Below are positions 19,968-29,062 of a DNA stretch of 64,000 bases, piece by piece. Below the pieces are notes generated by a model that was not told the origin of the DNA, did not search any database, and saw nothing but the letters and a program-made list of their open reading frames with translations. A program made the translations under genes and the position numbers. Positions within the stretch are counted from its first letter, which is position 1, and every line of letters starts with the position of its first letter. Source of the DNA: Patescibacteria group bacterium (GTDB taxonomy: Bacteria; Patescibacteriota; Patescibacteriia; JAHIZJ01); assembly GCA_041650335.1 (NCBI GenBank), contig JBAZLK010000001.1:228940-292939 (forward strand). Direction: 5' to 3'.

Positions 19968-21327
19968 TACGGCCAATCATATCTATTGCGTCGGGATCGG
20001 CGGGATCGGCATTTCCGGTCTCGCTCAGCTCTTGTATTGGCAGGGCAAACCGGTCAGCGGGAGCGATCTGGCGTCGTCGATTATTACCGAAAGTCTTCGC
20101 CGCGACGGCATCCCGGTCGTTATCGGTGAGCCGGAGCCGAGTCATCTGCCGGCGGGCGCGGATTGCGTTATTTATAGTCTGGCCATCCAGCCCGATCATC
20201 CGGAGTTGCGGGAGGCGAAAAGCCGCGGCGTCGTGACATTGTCCTACCCGGAGGCAGTTGGGCAGTACACTAGAAATAAATACCTCATTGCCGTTTCTGG
20301 CACGCACGGGAAAACAACGGCCACGGCTATGCTTGGGCAAGTGCTCGTTGAGGCCGGTTTCGATCCGACCGTGCTGGTGGGCAGCCGGCTCGCGGCGTTT
20401 AACGGCAATGTCCGTCTGGGCAAAAGCAAATACTTTGTTCTCGAAGCGGATGAATTCGGCCGAGCCTTCCTTCAGTACCACCCAGACATGGCGATTTTGA
20501 ATAATATCGAGGCCGACCACCTCGATGTCTATACGGACGTTGAAGATATAGAAAAAACTTTTCAGAAATACGTCAGCCAGGTCAAACCAGACGGCTGGCT
20601 GGTGGCGAATGCCGATGATCCGCGGATAGAAAGCATCATCAAGAAATCAGTGCGTCGAACGACATCGTTCGGCATCGGCGATGGCGAGTATCGCGGGACA
20701 CTTGAGCAATTGGTTGGGGAGGTGGTGTTTACCGAGCCTCATGTCGGTCGGGTCGTCCTTCAGGTGCCCGGGCGTCATAATGTCATGAATGCGCTCGCCG
20801 TAATCGCGGCCAGCCAGCTCTTGCGGATCAAACCGTCCGTTGTGAAAAAGGCGCTCGAAAATTTTCACGGGCTCTGGCGCCGTTTTGAAATCGTCGGACA
20901 ATGTCAGGGCGCGCCGGTAATATCCGACTACGCCCATCACCCGACGGCCTTTCGCGTCACGCTCCAGGCGGCGCGCGAATATTATCCGGAAAAGAAAATA
21001 ATCGCCGTGTTCCAGCCGCATCATCGCCACCGCACCAAGGCATTATATGACGAATTTCTAAACGCCTTAGAATTGTCGGACGAACTTATCTTGGCGGAGA
21101 TCTACGATGTTGCCGGACGCGAGGATAACACTACCGTAGGCGTCAGTTCGCGGCAACTCGTCGAGGATTTGAAAAAACGGAAAGTGGTCGTTTCCTATGC
21201 CAAGGATATTGAGATCGCTGAAACGCTGGCGCGCCAGAAGGCGACCACAAACTCGGTTATTTTAGTGATGGGCGCGGGTACGATCGACGCCGTGGCTCGT
21301 AACTTAGTCGATAAGAACAATGGTTAA
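19957..21327 (+). CDS. murC: UDP-MurNAc:L-Ala ligase
   Basis: GIGGIGISG, GTHGKTT, EADE, DHLD, RRFE, DYAHHP, FQPH, MGAG. Confidence 0.96.
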   Translation: MDLNTANHIYCVGIGGIGISGLAQLLYWQGKPVSGSDLASSIITESLRRDGIPVVIGEPEPSHLPAGADCVIYSLAIQPDHPELREAKSRGVVTLSYPEAVGQYTRNKYLIAVSGTHGKTTATAMLGQVLVEAGFDPTVLVGSRLAAFNGNVRLGKSKYFVLEADEFGRAFLQYHPDMAILNNIEADHLDVYTDVEDIEKTFQKYVSQVKPDGWLVANADDPRIESIIKKSVRRTTSFGIGDGEYRGTLEQLVGEVVFTEPHVGRVVLQVPGRHNVMNALAVIAASQLLRIKPSVVKKALENFHGLWRRFEIVGQCQGAPVISDYAHHPTAFRVTLQAAREYYPEKKIIAVFQPHHRHRTKALYDEFLNALELSDELILAEIYDVAGREDNTTVGVSSRQLVEDLKKRKVVVSYAKDIEIAETLARQKATTNSVILVMGAGTIDAVARNLVDKNNG

Positions 21328-22204
21328 CGCTATTACAAAAAAACTCCCCGGCGTAAAAAGGGGCGAAGTAATGTCACGGCACACTACCTATCGGATCGGC
21401 GGGCCGGCGGATTATTTTTATACTGCGAAAACAACAAACGACCTCATTTCGGCCATAACGCTGGCGCGGCAACACCAGCTGCCGGTTTTTTTGCTTGGGA
21501 AGGGGAGCAATATCTTGGTGGCTGACGCGGGGGTGCGCGGTCTTGTCATCCAAGTCGAGACTAATGAATGCACGCGGAATGGCGACCGAGTGACGGTGGC
21601 TGCGGGCTACAGCTTAGGCGCGCTCGTCCAGTGGACGATTGAACAGGGTCTGGCCGGACTTGAATTTGCTTCAGGTATCCCCGGCTCAGTCGGCGGCGCG
21701 GTCCGGGGGAACGCCGGCGCGTTTGGCTCGGAAACAAAGGACGTTATTGAATCGATCGAGATTCTGACCAGTTCATCAGAACGACGGGTGTTGTCAAAGA
21801 CGGACTGTCAGTTCGGCTATCGCGACAGCCTGATAAAACACACCCCCGACATCGTTCTGTCGGCGACGTTTCATCTGCACGATGGCAATCGTGACGACAG
21901 CCGCGCCTTGGTGAAAAAATATATGGACCAGCGGACCTCAAAACAGGATTATTCAATCCCGTCAGCCGGCAGTGTTTTTAAAAACCCGCCCGGCAATTTT
22001 GCCGCCAAGATGATCGACGAGCTGGGACTCAAAGGTATGCGGATCGGCGACGCTCAGATCTCACTGACGCACGCCAATTTCATCGTGAATGTCGGCCAGG
22101 CGAAGGCGAACGACGTGCTTCAACTTATCTCTTCGGTGAAGGAAAAAGTAAAGGCGAAATATACCGTTGAGCTGGAGACGGAAATACAGCTCGTCGGATT
22201 TTAG
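21320..22204 (+). CDS. murB: UDP-N-acetylenolpyruvoylglucosamine reductase
   Basis: HTTYRIGG, GKGSN, GIPGSVGG, NAGA, SAGSVFKNP, HANFIVN. Confidence 0.96.
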   Translation: MVNAITKKLPGVKRGEVMSRHTTYRIGGPADYFYTAKTTNDLISAITLARQHQLPVFLLGKGSNILVADAGVRGLVIQVETNECTRNGDRVTVAAGYSLGALVQWTIEQGLAGLEFASGIPGSVGGAVRGNAGAFGSETKDVIESIEILTSSSERRVLSKTDCQFGYRDSLIKHTPDIVLSATFHLHDGNRDDSRALVKKYMDQRTSKQDYSIPSAGSVFKNPPGNFAAKMIDELGLKGMRIGDAQISLTHANFIVNVGQAKANDVLQLISSVKEKVKAKYTVELETEIQLVGF

Positions 22205-22208
22205 TTAG

Positions 22209-22240
22209 AAAAAAAACGCGGAAGGAACCGCGCTTTTTTT
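22209..22240. terminator. Bidirectional terminator
   Basis: A-tract-CGCGG-AAGGAA-CCGCG-C-T-tract between convergent genes. Confidence 0.75.
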
Positions 22241-22256
22241 ATATTCCAAGAAAAAG

Positions 22257-24731
22257 TTATGGTTGGCCGAGGCAGAGGATCGGATCGGTGCAGGTAAACG
22301 ACGGTTTGCTGGTCAGCGGCCCGGCGTTCGTAATGCACTCCGAAGCGGTGTCGTAGCTTTTTAGCGCGGTGTCAACGTCGCTTGTAAGATTCGCCGTGCC
22401 CTCTGAGAAAGAAGCGAGGAGATAATTCGTCCCATTATCGCAATAGATGAAACAGTCCTGGTATGATGTATTGGCAAACGGATCTCCGCTCGAGGCCTTG
22501 ACCGTGCAGCCGAGCTGGGACGTTGGAGAGAGTCCGGCGGCGAGATAGGGCTTGAGTTTTTCTTTGAGGGTCAACCAATTTTTTTCACCCTCAGCGAACG
22601 GTGTGTCACCGGTGTCATTAATATACAGTTCAAGCGCTGATTGAAACGTTCGAAGATGGGCAAGGCGCGCGTTGTCGCGCGTTTTCGGACTGGATGCGGC
22701 AGCGCTGGGAACGATGATAAGCTTGCCTTCGCCGTTTGGATTGTAGCCATTATTTACTTCCTCGCCGTCTTTGTAGCCGTCGGCATCGGTATCGTCTTTC
22801 GCCGGATCCGTGCCATAGAGTTCTTCATCGGCGTTCGTCAGAGCGTCCGTATCATCATCAGCGATTTTATCAGCCGCATCTTTTTCTTTCTGCGCAGCCG
22901 CTTCAAGCGATGAAGAATCAGGCGTGGCTGTGTTTGTGCCATCAATATAATCTATTATGGACCCGTAATCAGGCAGACTCTCGATAGCCCTCATTTGATA
23001 GACGAGCGTGTAGCTGTCTTTTTTTACAGCGTAGGGGTACGGTTTATCTGTATAGACATCGGTTAAAGTAAGATTACTGTTTATATAATTGTAACCAACG
23101 CATTCAAACGAATTTGAAGATAACGATGAATTAATTGAATTTATGTTATTTGTATTGCCATTGGTATTTGTGCTCGTATCTTTATTGAGGCATTCGTTAT
23201 AGCTTTCCTCGATCACCGGGGCGACCGCTGAAAGCGTCTCTGGATAGGCGTCCTTTTTGTTTCTGTATAGATAGAGTGCCGTCCGTAGATTTGAAATCTG
23301 TTTCTGCTGTTTCGTTGCAAGTACGGCGGCCTGGCAGTCTTCGGCCGAGATGCCTGAAATCGCGCAGACAGCATCATCAAAAAGTATCGTTTCAGTTTCA
23401 GCCGGAGCCTTTACCGTCATCGGCTGATTGGCGTCTTTTAACGAAGCGGTACCGGTTAGGCGGATCTGCCGGTCTATGAGATTTTCGTTCTGGGAATCAA
23501 GAGCAATTTTGTATGACAGGCTCAGCTTGGTCGGCAGCCAGTCTTTTGTTGAGAGCCAGAGGTCGATGGTTGCGTTATTTTTCAGCTGGTCCGTGAATTG
23601 CCGGAATTTTTCAGAACTGAGATAGGTGGTTGTTTCCTGGTCGATTGATATTTTCAGATCGGGATATTTCTCATTTAAGTATGCCACAAACGCCTGATAC
23701 GTTTCCGCCGTCTTTGTCGCATCGAACCACATCCGCCAGTGTCGTTGCTCGACGTCATTAATCTTTTCGTTTACAAGTTTTTCTTTGATAACAATAAACC
23801 GATGTTCAAGCGCCAAGCGGAGCAGGTCTCTCATTATTTGCTGGCTGGCCGTTTGGTCTAGCGATGGTATGCCGTTCCCTTGCAGAATAGTGCTGCCAAG
23901 TTGAAAGTAGGGGAAGTAGGTATCGGTAAACGACGTCTGTTCAATCTTAATCCATTTATTGACAACCTGTTGATATGAAGCACTGAGGTCTACGCCCGGT
24001 ATGGTCGGGAGTTTCGTAACTTTTACATAGGGAACCTGATCGACGACTTTGAATTGGAGGCCTGCTTCAACAGAAAGATCATTCCCCGAATAACTGCCGC
24101 TTAACTCCATTTCACTGTTTGGCGCTGTATCGCTGCTTCCAGTTGTATTGCCGAGACCGGGTAAGAGAAAACCGAGAGCCGGGTTTTTTGTCACATCGGC
24201 GTTCGTAGCGGCGTTCGCGTTGCCAGATTTATTAAACAGACCGGTGAGGAGAAGGGTGAGCGTTGAATCCTTTGGAAAGATCGAGGCGAGCCAGTCTCCG
24301 CTGGATGAACCTTCAAGAGTGAACGGCAGATAAGAATTTCCGTTCTGATTCGTATTTTCATCCGGCTGGAGCAAATTAAAATCAAGCGGCTGTATGCCCG
24401 CCTCTTTTGGTTCATTGGCGATGACGAGATCGTATTGATAGCGGCCGGAATTTATGGCGAGCAGGCTATCAAGCGCCTGGGAGAGATTTTTTTCCTGATA
24501 CTCTTCAATGACTGACGATGTTATGAACGGCAATTTAAAGGGGAGGGCGATATACCCTTTGGTTGAGGCGAAGACGGCGCCGGCGCCAAGCACGATCAGT
24601 ACGGCGAACCCGATCAAGACGTATAAAAAAATCCGCTTCCGATTTGTGGGGGCGGTTGATTTTATCTTTGGTAGGGAAGTATGCAAAGCAGACGGAGGGA
24701 CAACAACGTGCGACTGTGTTGCGTTTTCCAT
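22257..24731 (-). CDS. Large membrane-anchored surface protein with TSP3-like Ca-binding repeat and two pilin/GspG-like globular segments
   Basis: N-terminal TM; DDDTDALTNADEELYGTDPAKDDTDADGYKDGEE; LRTALYLY...AYP and RDNARLAHLRTFQSALELY...TP segments. Confidence 0.75.
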   Translation of the reverse strand: MENATQSHVVVPPSALHTSLPKIKSTAPTNRKRIFLYVLIGFAVLIVLGAGAVFASTKGYIALPFKLPFITSSVIEEYQEKNLSQALDSLLAINSGRYQYDLVIANEPKEAGIQPLDFNLLQPDENTNQNGNSYLPFTLEGSSSGDWLASIFPKDSTLTLLLTGLFNKSGNANAATNADVTKNPALGFLLPGLGNTTGSSDTAPNSEMELSGSYSGNDLSVEAGLQFKVVDQVPYVKVTKLPTIPGVDLSASYQQVVNKWIKIEQTSFTDTYFPYFQLGSTILQGNGIPSLDQTASQQIMRDLLRLALEHRFIVIKEKLVNEKINDVEQRHWRMWFDATKTAETYQAFVAYLNEKYPDLKISIDQETTTYLSSEKFRQFTDQLKNNATIDLWLSTKDWLPTKLSLSYKIALDSQNENLIDRQIRLTGTASLKDANQPMTVKAPAETETILFDDAVCAISGISAEDCQAAVLATKQQKQISNLRTALYLYRNKKDAYPETLSAVAPVIEESYNECLNKDTSTNTNGNTNNINSINSSLSSNSFECVGYNYINSNLTLTDVYTDKPYPYAVKKDSYTLVYQMRAIESLPDYGSIIDYIDGTNTATPDSSSLEAAAQKEKDAADKIADDDTDALTNADEELYGTDPAKDDTDADGYKDGEEVNNGYNPNGEGKLIIVPSAAASSPKTRDNARLAHLRTFQSALELYINDTGDTPFAEGEKNWLTLKEKLKPYLAAGLSPTSQLGCTVKASSGDPFANTSYQDCFIYCDNGTNYLLASFSEGTANLTSDVDTALKSYDTASECITNAGPLTSKPSFTCTDPILCLGQP

Positions 24732-24868
24732 TATTTATTTTGGTTATTTTTTGTATTACAAAATAAAGTATATCATATTATATCGGAAAAGTCAATACGT
24801 ATTTTTCATGAAAACCGCCCGAACTCGAGTAGAGCGCGGGCGGAGAATCTGTCAGACAGAGCTGTTGC

Positions 24869-25060
24869 CTACGGGCAGGATGCGCGAATGCGGTCGATCA
24901 GGGCATTCACGTGGTAGCACCGAGAGGCAGTTTCGCCATCGAGATGGCGCGTGGCCTGCCTCAAGGCGGCGACACATCGGTCGGGGATGCTCGGGCCAGC
25001 GTAGCGCTTCCCAGGTCTCCAGGCCTCCCGTCGTACTTCCTTGATCCGTCTCTTCTTCAT
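24869..25060 (-). CDS. Orphan small basic protein (63 aa)
   Basis: Promoter TTGACA-17-TACGCT; leader with CCACGGAGG; terminator at about 24811-24843. Confidence 0.45.
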   Translation of the reverse strand: MKKRRIKEVRREAWRPGKRYAGPSIPDRCVAALRQATRHLDGETASRCYHVNALIDRIRASCP

Positions 25061-25322
25061 CAACACAACCCCCTAAGTTCGTTCCCTCCGTGGTCTGATG
25101 TCTAGCATCGATGCAGCGCAACTTCAAAAACAAGGAAGCGTAGCATAGAAAAGGGATCCTGTCAATAGTTATAGCATAAATAAACAAAAAATAAAATATA
25201 TTAATTTTCGAAATTGTGGTTTCTGTTGATGCGTACCACATTATGTTGTGTGAGAAATGCGTAACAGGGTAATTTATAGAATAAACTTGACTTTTCCACA
25301 TAAAAACTGTTGTACCGAAGTG

Positions 25323-25390
25323 TTGACGAGTGTGGTTGGGTGGTGTAAAATGGTATCAGAGTGGTTGAAAGTGGATAAAAGTGGGGATAA
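25323..25390 (+). promoter_or_regulatory. mraZ promoter and MraZ autoregulatory direct repeats
   Basis: TTGACG(25323)-17 bp-TAAAAT(25346), followed by GTGG at 25361, 25371 and 25381 (10-bp period), the known MraZ operator pattern. Confidence 0.85.
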
Positions 25391-25437
25391 CCCCATTGAA
25401 GTGTGTATAAGCAAAGTTATAAAAGAAAACGTTCCGC

Positions 25438-25869
25438 ATGTTTATCGGCGAATACCATCACACGATCGACGACAAAGGGCGCCTGGCCATACCAGTGAAG
25501 TTTCGAGGCGACCTGACAAAAGGTGCCGTGGTCACGCGCGGGCTTGATAATTGTCTCTTTCTCTATCCGAAAGCGGAGTGGGAGAAGCTGGCCGAACGAT
25601 TGGCCAAGCTGCCGATCAGCCAAGCGAACACCCGGGCATTTTCACGCTTGATGCTAGCTGGCGCGATGGACGTTGAGATCGATAAGCAGGGCCGGGTAAA
25701 TCTGCCGGAGTATCTTTGCAAATACGCGACCATAAAAAAGAAGGTCGTCATGGCTGGCTTATACAACCGGTTTGAAATCTGGGATGCCACCGCCTGGGAG
25801 AAATACAAGCTCGGGACCGAAAAGAACTCCGGTGATATCGCCGAAGCCCTCGGGGAGCTCGGCGTCTAA
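25438..25869 (+). CDS. mraZ: Division/cell wall cluster transcriptional repressor MraZ
   Basis: MFIGEYHHTIDDKGRL, DKQGRV, FEIW. Confidence 0.98.
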   Translation: MFIGEYHHTIDDKGRLAIPVKFRGDLTKGAVVTRGLDNCLFLYPKAEWEKLAERLAKLPISQANTRAFSRLMLAGAMDVEIDKQGRVNLPEYLCKYATIKKKVVMAGLYNRFEIWDATAWEKYKLGTEKNSGDIAEALGELGV

Positions 25870-25886
25870 GCCGGTCAGCGTATCGT

Positions 25887-26873
25887 ATGTTTCACAAATC
25901 AGTCCTCACACGCGAGGCGGTTGAGCAGCTCAACCTGCGGCCGGATGACAATGTTATTGACGGAACGGTCGGCGGCGGGGGACATGCCGAGGCAATACTC
26001 GACCTGACGGCACCGAAGGGGCAGCTGATCGGGTGCGATCTTGATCCGGCGGCCGTGGCGGAAACAAAGCAACGTCTCGAACGATACGGAGACCGCGTCC
26101 ATCTGTTCCAAGAAAACTTTCGGAATATTCATTCAATCTATGTCGAACAATTTCCTCATCTTCCAATTCGTGGTTTTCTACTCGACCTTGGGCTATCATC
26201 TTTTGAGCTCTCGGATCGGACCCGGGGTTTCTCCTTTCTAACGCCTGACGCACCCTTAGATATGAGATTCGGTCAGCCGAACGACCGGAGCGGTCGGCGG
26301 CGAAGCCGGAAAGAAAGAACAGCCGCTGATATTCTGAACACGGCCACGCGCGACGAACTTTACAATATACTCTCGGAGTACGGCCAAGAAACTAATTCAA
26401 ACCATCTCGCCGACGAAATTGTCCGTCAACGGCAAAAACAAAAATTCGAAACCGTGGGCGACCTGGCCGCGGCGGTACTCCGGGTATATACATATAAGCT
26501 CCATTCACATACGAAGCAACCGCGGGTGGGCAAGCGCCATCCGGCCACCAAGGTTTTTCAAGCGCTGCGCATCGCGGTCAATGATGAACTGGCCAGCCTG
26601 GCGGCGGTCATGCCCAGCGCGCTCACCATTCTTCAGCCGGGCAGTCGGCTCGCCATCATCACGTTCCATTCCTTGGAAGACCGGTTGGTCAAGGAATATT
26701 TCCGACGGGAAAGCCGGGACTGCATCTGTCCGCCCGAGACACCGATCTGCGTCTGCGGCCATCGCGCGCAAATCCGCTTGGTGACGAAAAAACCGATCAC
26801 GCCAACCCCGGCGGAGATAAGAGAAAATCCACGCAGTCGTAGCGCCCAGCTCAGAGTCGTCGAAAAAATATAA
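25887..26873 (+). CDS. rsmH: 16S rRNA m4C1402 methyltransferase
   Basis: DGTVGGGGH, DLGLSS, RGFSF, PLDMR, FQALRIAVNDEL, FHSLED, NPRSRSA. Confidence 0.97.
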   Translation: MFHKSVLTREAVEQLNLRPDDNVIDGTVGGGGHAEAILDLTAPKGQLIGCDLDPAAVAETKQRLERYGDRVHLFQENFRNIHSIYVEQFPHLPIRGFLLDLGLSSFELSDRTRGFSFLTPDAPLDMRFGQPNDRSGRRRSRKERTAADILNTATRDELYNILSEYGQETNSNHLADEIVRQRQKQKFETVGDLAAAVLRVYTYKLHSHTKQPRVGKRHPATKVFQALRIAVNDELASLAAVMPSALTILQPGSRLAIITFHSLEDRLVKEYFRRESRDCICPPETPICVCGHRAQIRLVTKKPITPTPAEIRENPRSRSAQLRVVEKI

Positions 26874-26879
26874 ACATCC

Positions 26880-27248
26880 ATGTCAAAGTACTTCTGGTTA
26901 TGCAAACTGAATAAACAAAAACACGAAAAGGCGCAGCCTCAGGGTTTCTGGCAATGTCTCTTTCGTTCTCGTTCGGCGGTCAACCTTTTGTTTCTCGTAA
27001 TCGCAATCGTGCTTGGGTCGCTGTATCTCTTCCAAGTGAACCGCACGGCTACCAGCGGGTTTGCGGTCAAAGATCTCAACGCCCAAATAACGGAATTAAA
27101 AGAAAGCCACCAAAAGCTTGAGTTGCAGGTGGCCGATCTTCAGTCGCTCCAGCAGATACAGTCAGCGACGAAGCGGCTTGAGTTGATTGCCCGGACGAAG
27201 CTTGAATATGTCCAGACGGCAACCGGCGCAGTCGCGCTCGAAAAATAA
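26880..27248 (+). CDS. FtsL-like bitopic coiled-coil protein
   Basis: TM plus leucine-zipper coiled coil, between rsmH and the PBP gene. Confidence 0.7.
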   Translation: MSKYFWLCKLNKQKHEKAQPQGFWQCLFRSRSAVNLLFLVIAIVLGSLYLFQVNRTATSGFAVKDLNAQITELKESHQKLELQVADLQSLQQIQSATKRLELIARTKLEYVQTATGAVALEK

Positions 27249-27273
27249 TGGTTTAACGAGGCGGTAATTTCTC

Positions 27274-29040
27274 ATGGCAAAGGTCTGGCGGAAACAGTAC
27301 TCGGCGCAACGATCCCCGGCGCGGAGATTTGACCGAATGACGTTTCTCGCGGCGGCCATTTTTTTATTTTCCGGGTTTATTGCGTATCGCTTATTTGTTC
27401 TGCAAGTATTGCAACATCCGTTCTATGCCGCTCTCGCGTCTGATCAGCATGATATCTATGAAAAACTCATTCCCGAGCGCGGCGAAATCCTGGTTCACGA
27501 TAAATTCACGGGCGATCGGCTGTATCCGGTGGCGACGAATAAAACCTACCATCTCGTTTACGCGATACCAAAACAGATCGAAGATCCGAAGAAAACCGCT
27601 GAGGCCGTCGCACCGCTCCTGGGCGTGAAACCGGAGGATATACGACCGCGCCTGGAAAAGAAAGACGATCTCTACGAGCCATTGAAGCGGCAGGTGCCGG
27701 ACGAGACTATGGAAAAAATTAATGCGCTGAATATTGCGGGTATCAAGTCTTCAGAAGACAGCTATCGGTATTATCCCGAGGGGAAGTACTTCAGCCATAT
27801 CATCGGGTTTGTCGGCTTCCAGGGCGACGAGCGCAAAGGGCAGTACGGTCTCGAGGGATATTTTGAAAGAGAGCTGGCCGGCCAGACGGGTTTTCTCCAA
27901 GCCCAAATGGACGCCAATGGCCGCTGGATAACAGTTGGGAATTCGAAGATTCAGGAAGCAGTTGACGGCTCCAGCCTGGTCTTAACCATCGATCGGACGG
28001 TTCAATTTACGGTCTGCGACAAATTGACCAAGGCTGTGCAAAAACACGGGGCTGATTCTGGCAGCGCGATTGTCATGAATCCAAAGACCGGCGCGATTAT
28101 AGCCATGTGCAATGCGCCCGATTACGACCCAAATAAATATAATGAGGTGAAAGACGCGAGCGTCTATATCAATCGGGCGATCTACGCCGAGTATGAGCCT
28201 GGCTCTGTTTTTAAAGCCATGACGATGGCCGCCGCTTTAAACGAAGGCGCCGTCGGTCCAAATTCAAAATATACTGATACCGGCAGCGTCGAAATAGGAA
28301 AATACACGATCCGCAACGCCGATAATAAAGTCTACGGCGAGCAAACGATGACTCAGGTGCTGGAGAATTCGATCAACACCGGTGCCATGTACGCGGCCGA
28401 AAAAGTCGGTAATGAAAAGTTTCGGAAATATATGCAGGATTTCGGTTTCGGCGAAAAAACCGATATCACGCTCCAGACGGAAACCGCCGGCGACATCAGC
28501 TCGCTGGATCAAATGAAAGACATTTACCGGGCGACGGCGTCGTTTGGCCAGGGTCTGACGGTGACGCCGCTCCAATTAATTGACGCCTACGCGGCGATCG
28601 CCAACGGGGGCAAACTCATGAAACCGTACCTCGTCGACGAAATTATCAGTCCAGACGGCTATCATAAGAAAACCGAGCCCGAGGAAGTCCGCCAAGTCTT
28701 GTCTTCAAAAACGGCCGCGACTCTCGGCGCCATGCTCGTCCAAGTCGTCGAAAACGGCCACGGGAAAAACGCCGGCGTGCACGGTTATTATATCGCCGGT
28801 AAGACCGGGACTGCCCAGGTGCCGAAAAAGGACGGCGTCGGCTACGATCCGAGCAAAAATATCGGGAGTTTCGCCGGCTTCGGTCCGGTGGAAGACCCGG
28901 TATTTGCCATGGTTGTGAGAATCGATGTGCCACGCGACGTCATGTGGGCGGAAAGCTCGGCCGCGCCGCTTTTTGGCGAAATCGCGGATTTTCTGCTAAA
29001 CTATTACGAAGTTCCGCCGACTCGGACGGAGCAAGAGTAA
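27274..29040 (+). CDS. ftsI: Class B penicillin-binding protein (FtsI/PBP2-type)
   Basis: RGEI, RYYP, GLEG, EPGSVFK (SxxK), SIN (SxN), KTGTAQ. Confidence 0.92.
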   Translation: MAKVWRKQYSAQRSPARRFDRMTFLAAAIFLFSGFIAYRLFVLQVLQHPFYAALASDQHDIYEKLIPERGEILVHDKFTGDRLYPVATNKTYHLVYAIPKQIEDPKKTAEAVAPLLGVKPEDIRPRLEKKDDLYEPLKRQVPDETMEKINALNIAGIKSSEDSYRYYPEGKYFSHIIGFVGFQGDERKGQYGLEGYFERELAGQTGFLQAQMDANGRWITVGNSKIQEAVDGSSLVLTIDRTVQFTVCDKLTKAVQKHGADSGSAIVMNPKTGAIIAMCNAPDYDPNKYNEVKDASVYINRAIYAEYEPGSVFKAMTMAAALNEGAVGPNSKYTDTGSVEIGKYTIRNADNKVYGEQTMTQVLENSINTGAMYAAEKVGNEKFRKYMQDFGFGEKTDITLQTETAGDISSLDQMKDIYRATASFGQGLTVTPLQLIDAYAAIANGGKLMKPYLVDEIISPDGYHKKTEPEEVRQVLSSKTAATLGAMLVQVVENGHGKNAGVHGYYIAGKTGTAQVPKKDGVGYDPSKNIGSFAGFGPVEDPVFAMVVRIDVPRDVMWAESSAAPLFGEIADFLLNYYEVPPTRTEQE

Positions 29041-29062
29041 GCACCGTTTTCCCTCGCCAACA

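Noticed and set aside
24852-25301. 149-aa minus-strand ORF
   Set aside because: Runs through AT-rich promoter DNA; the shorter SD-led ORF in another frame is more plausible.
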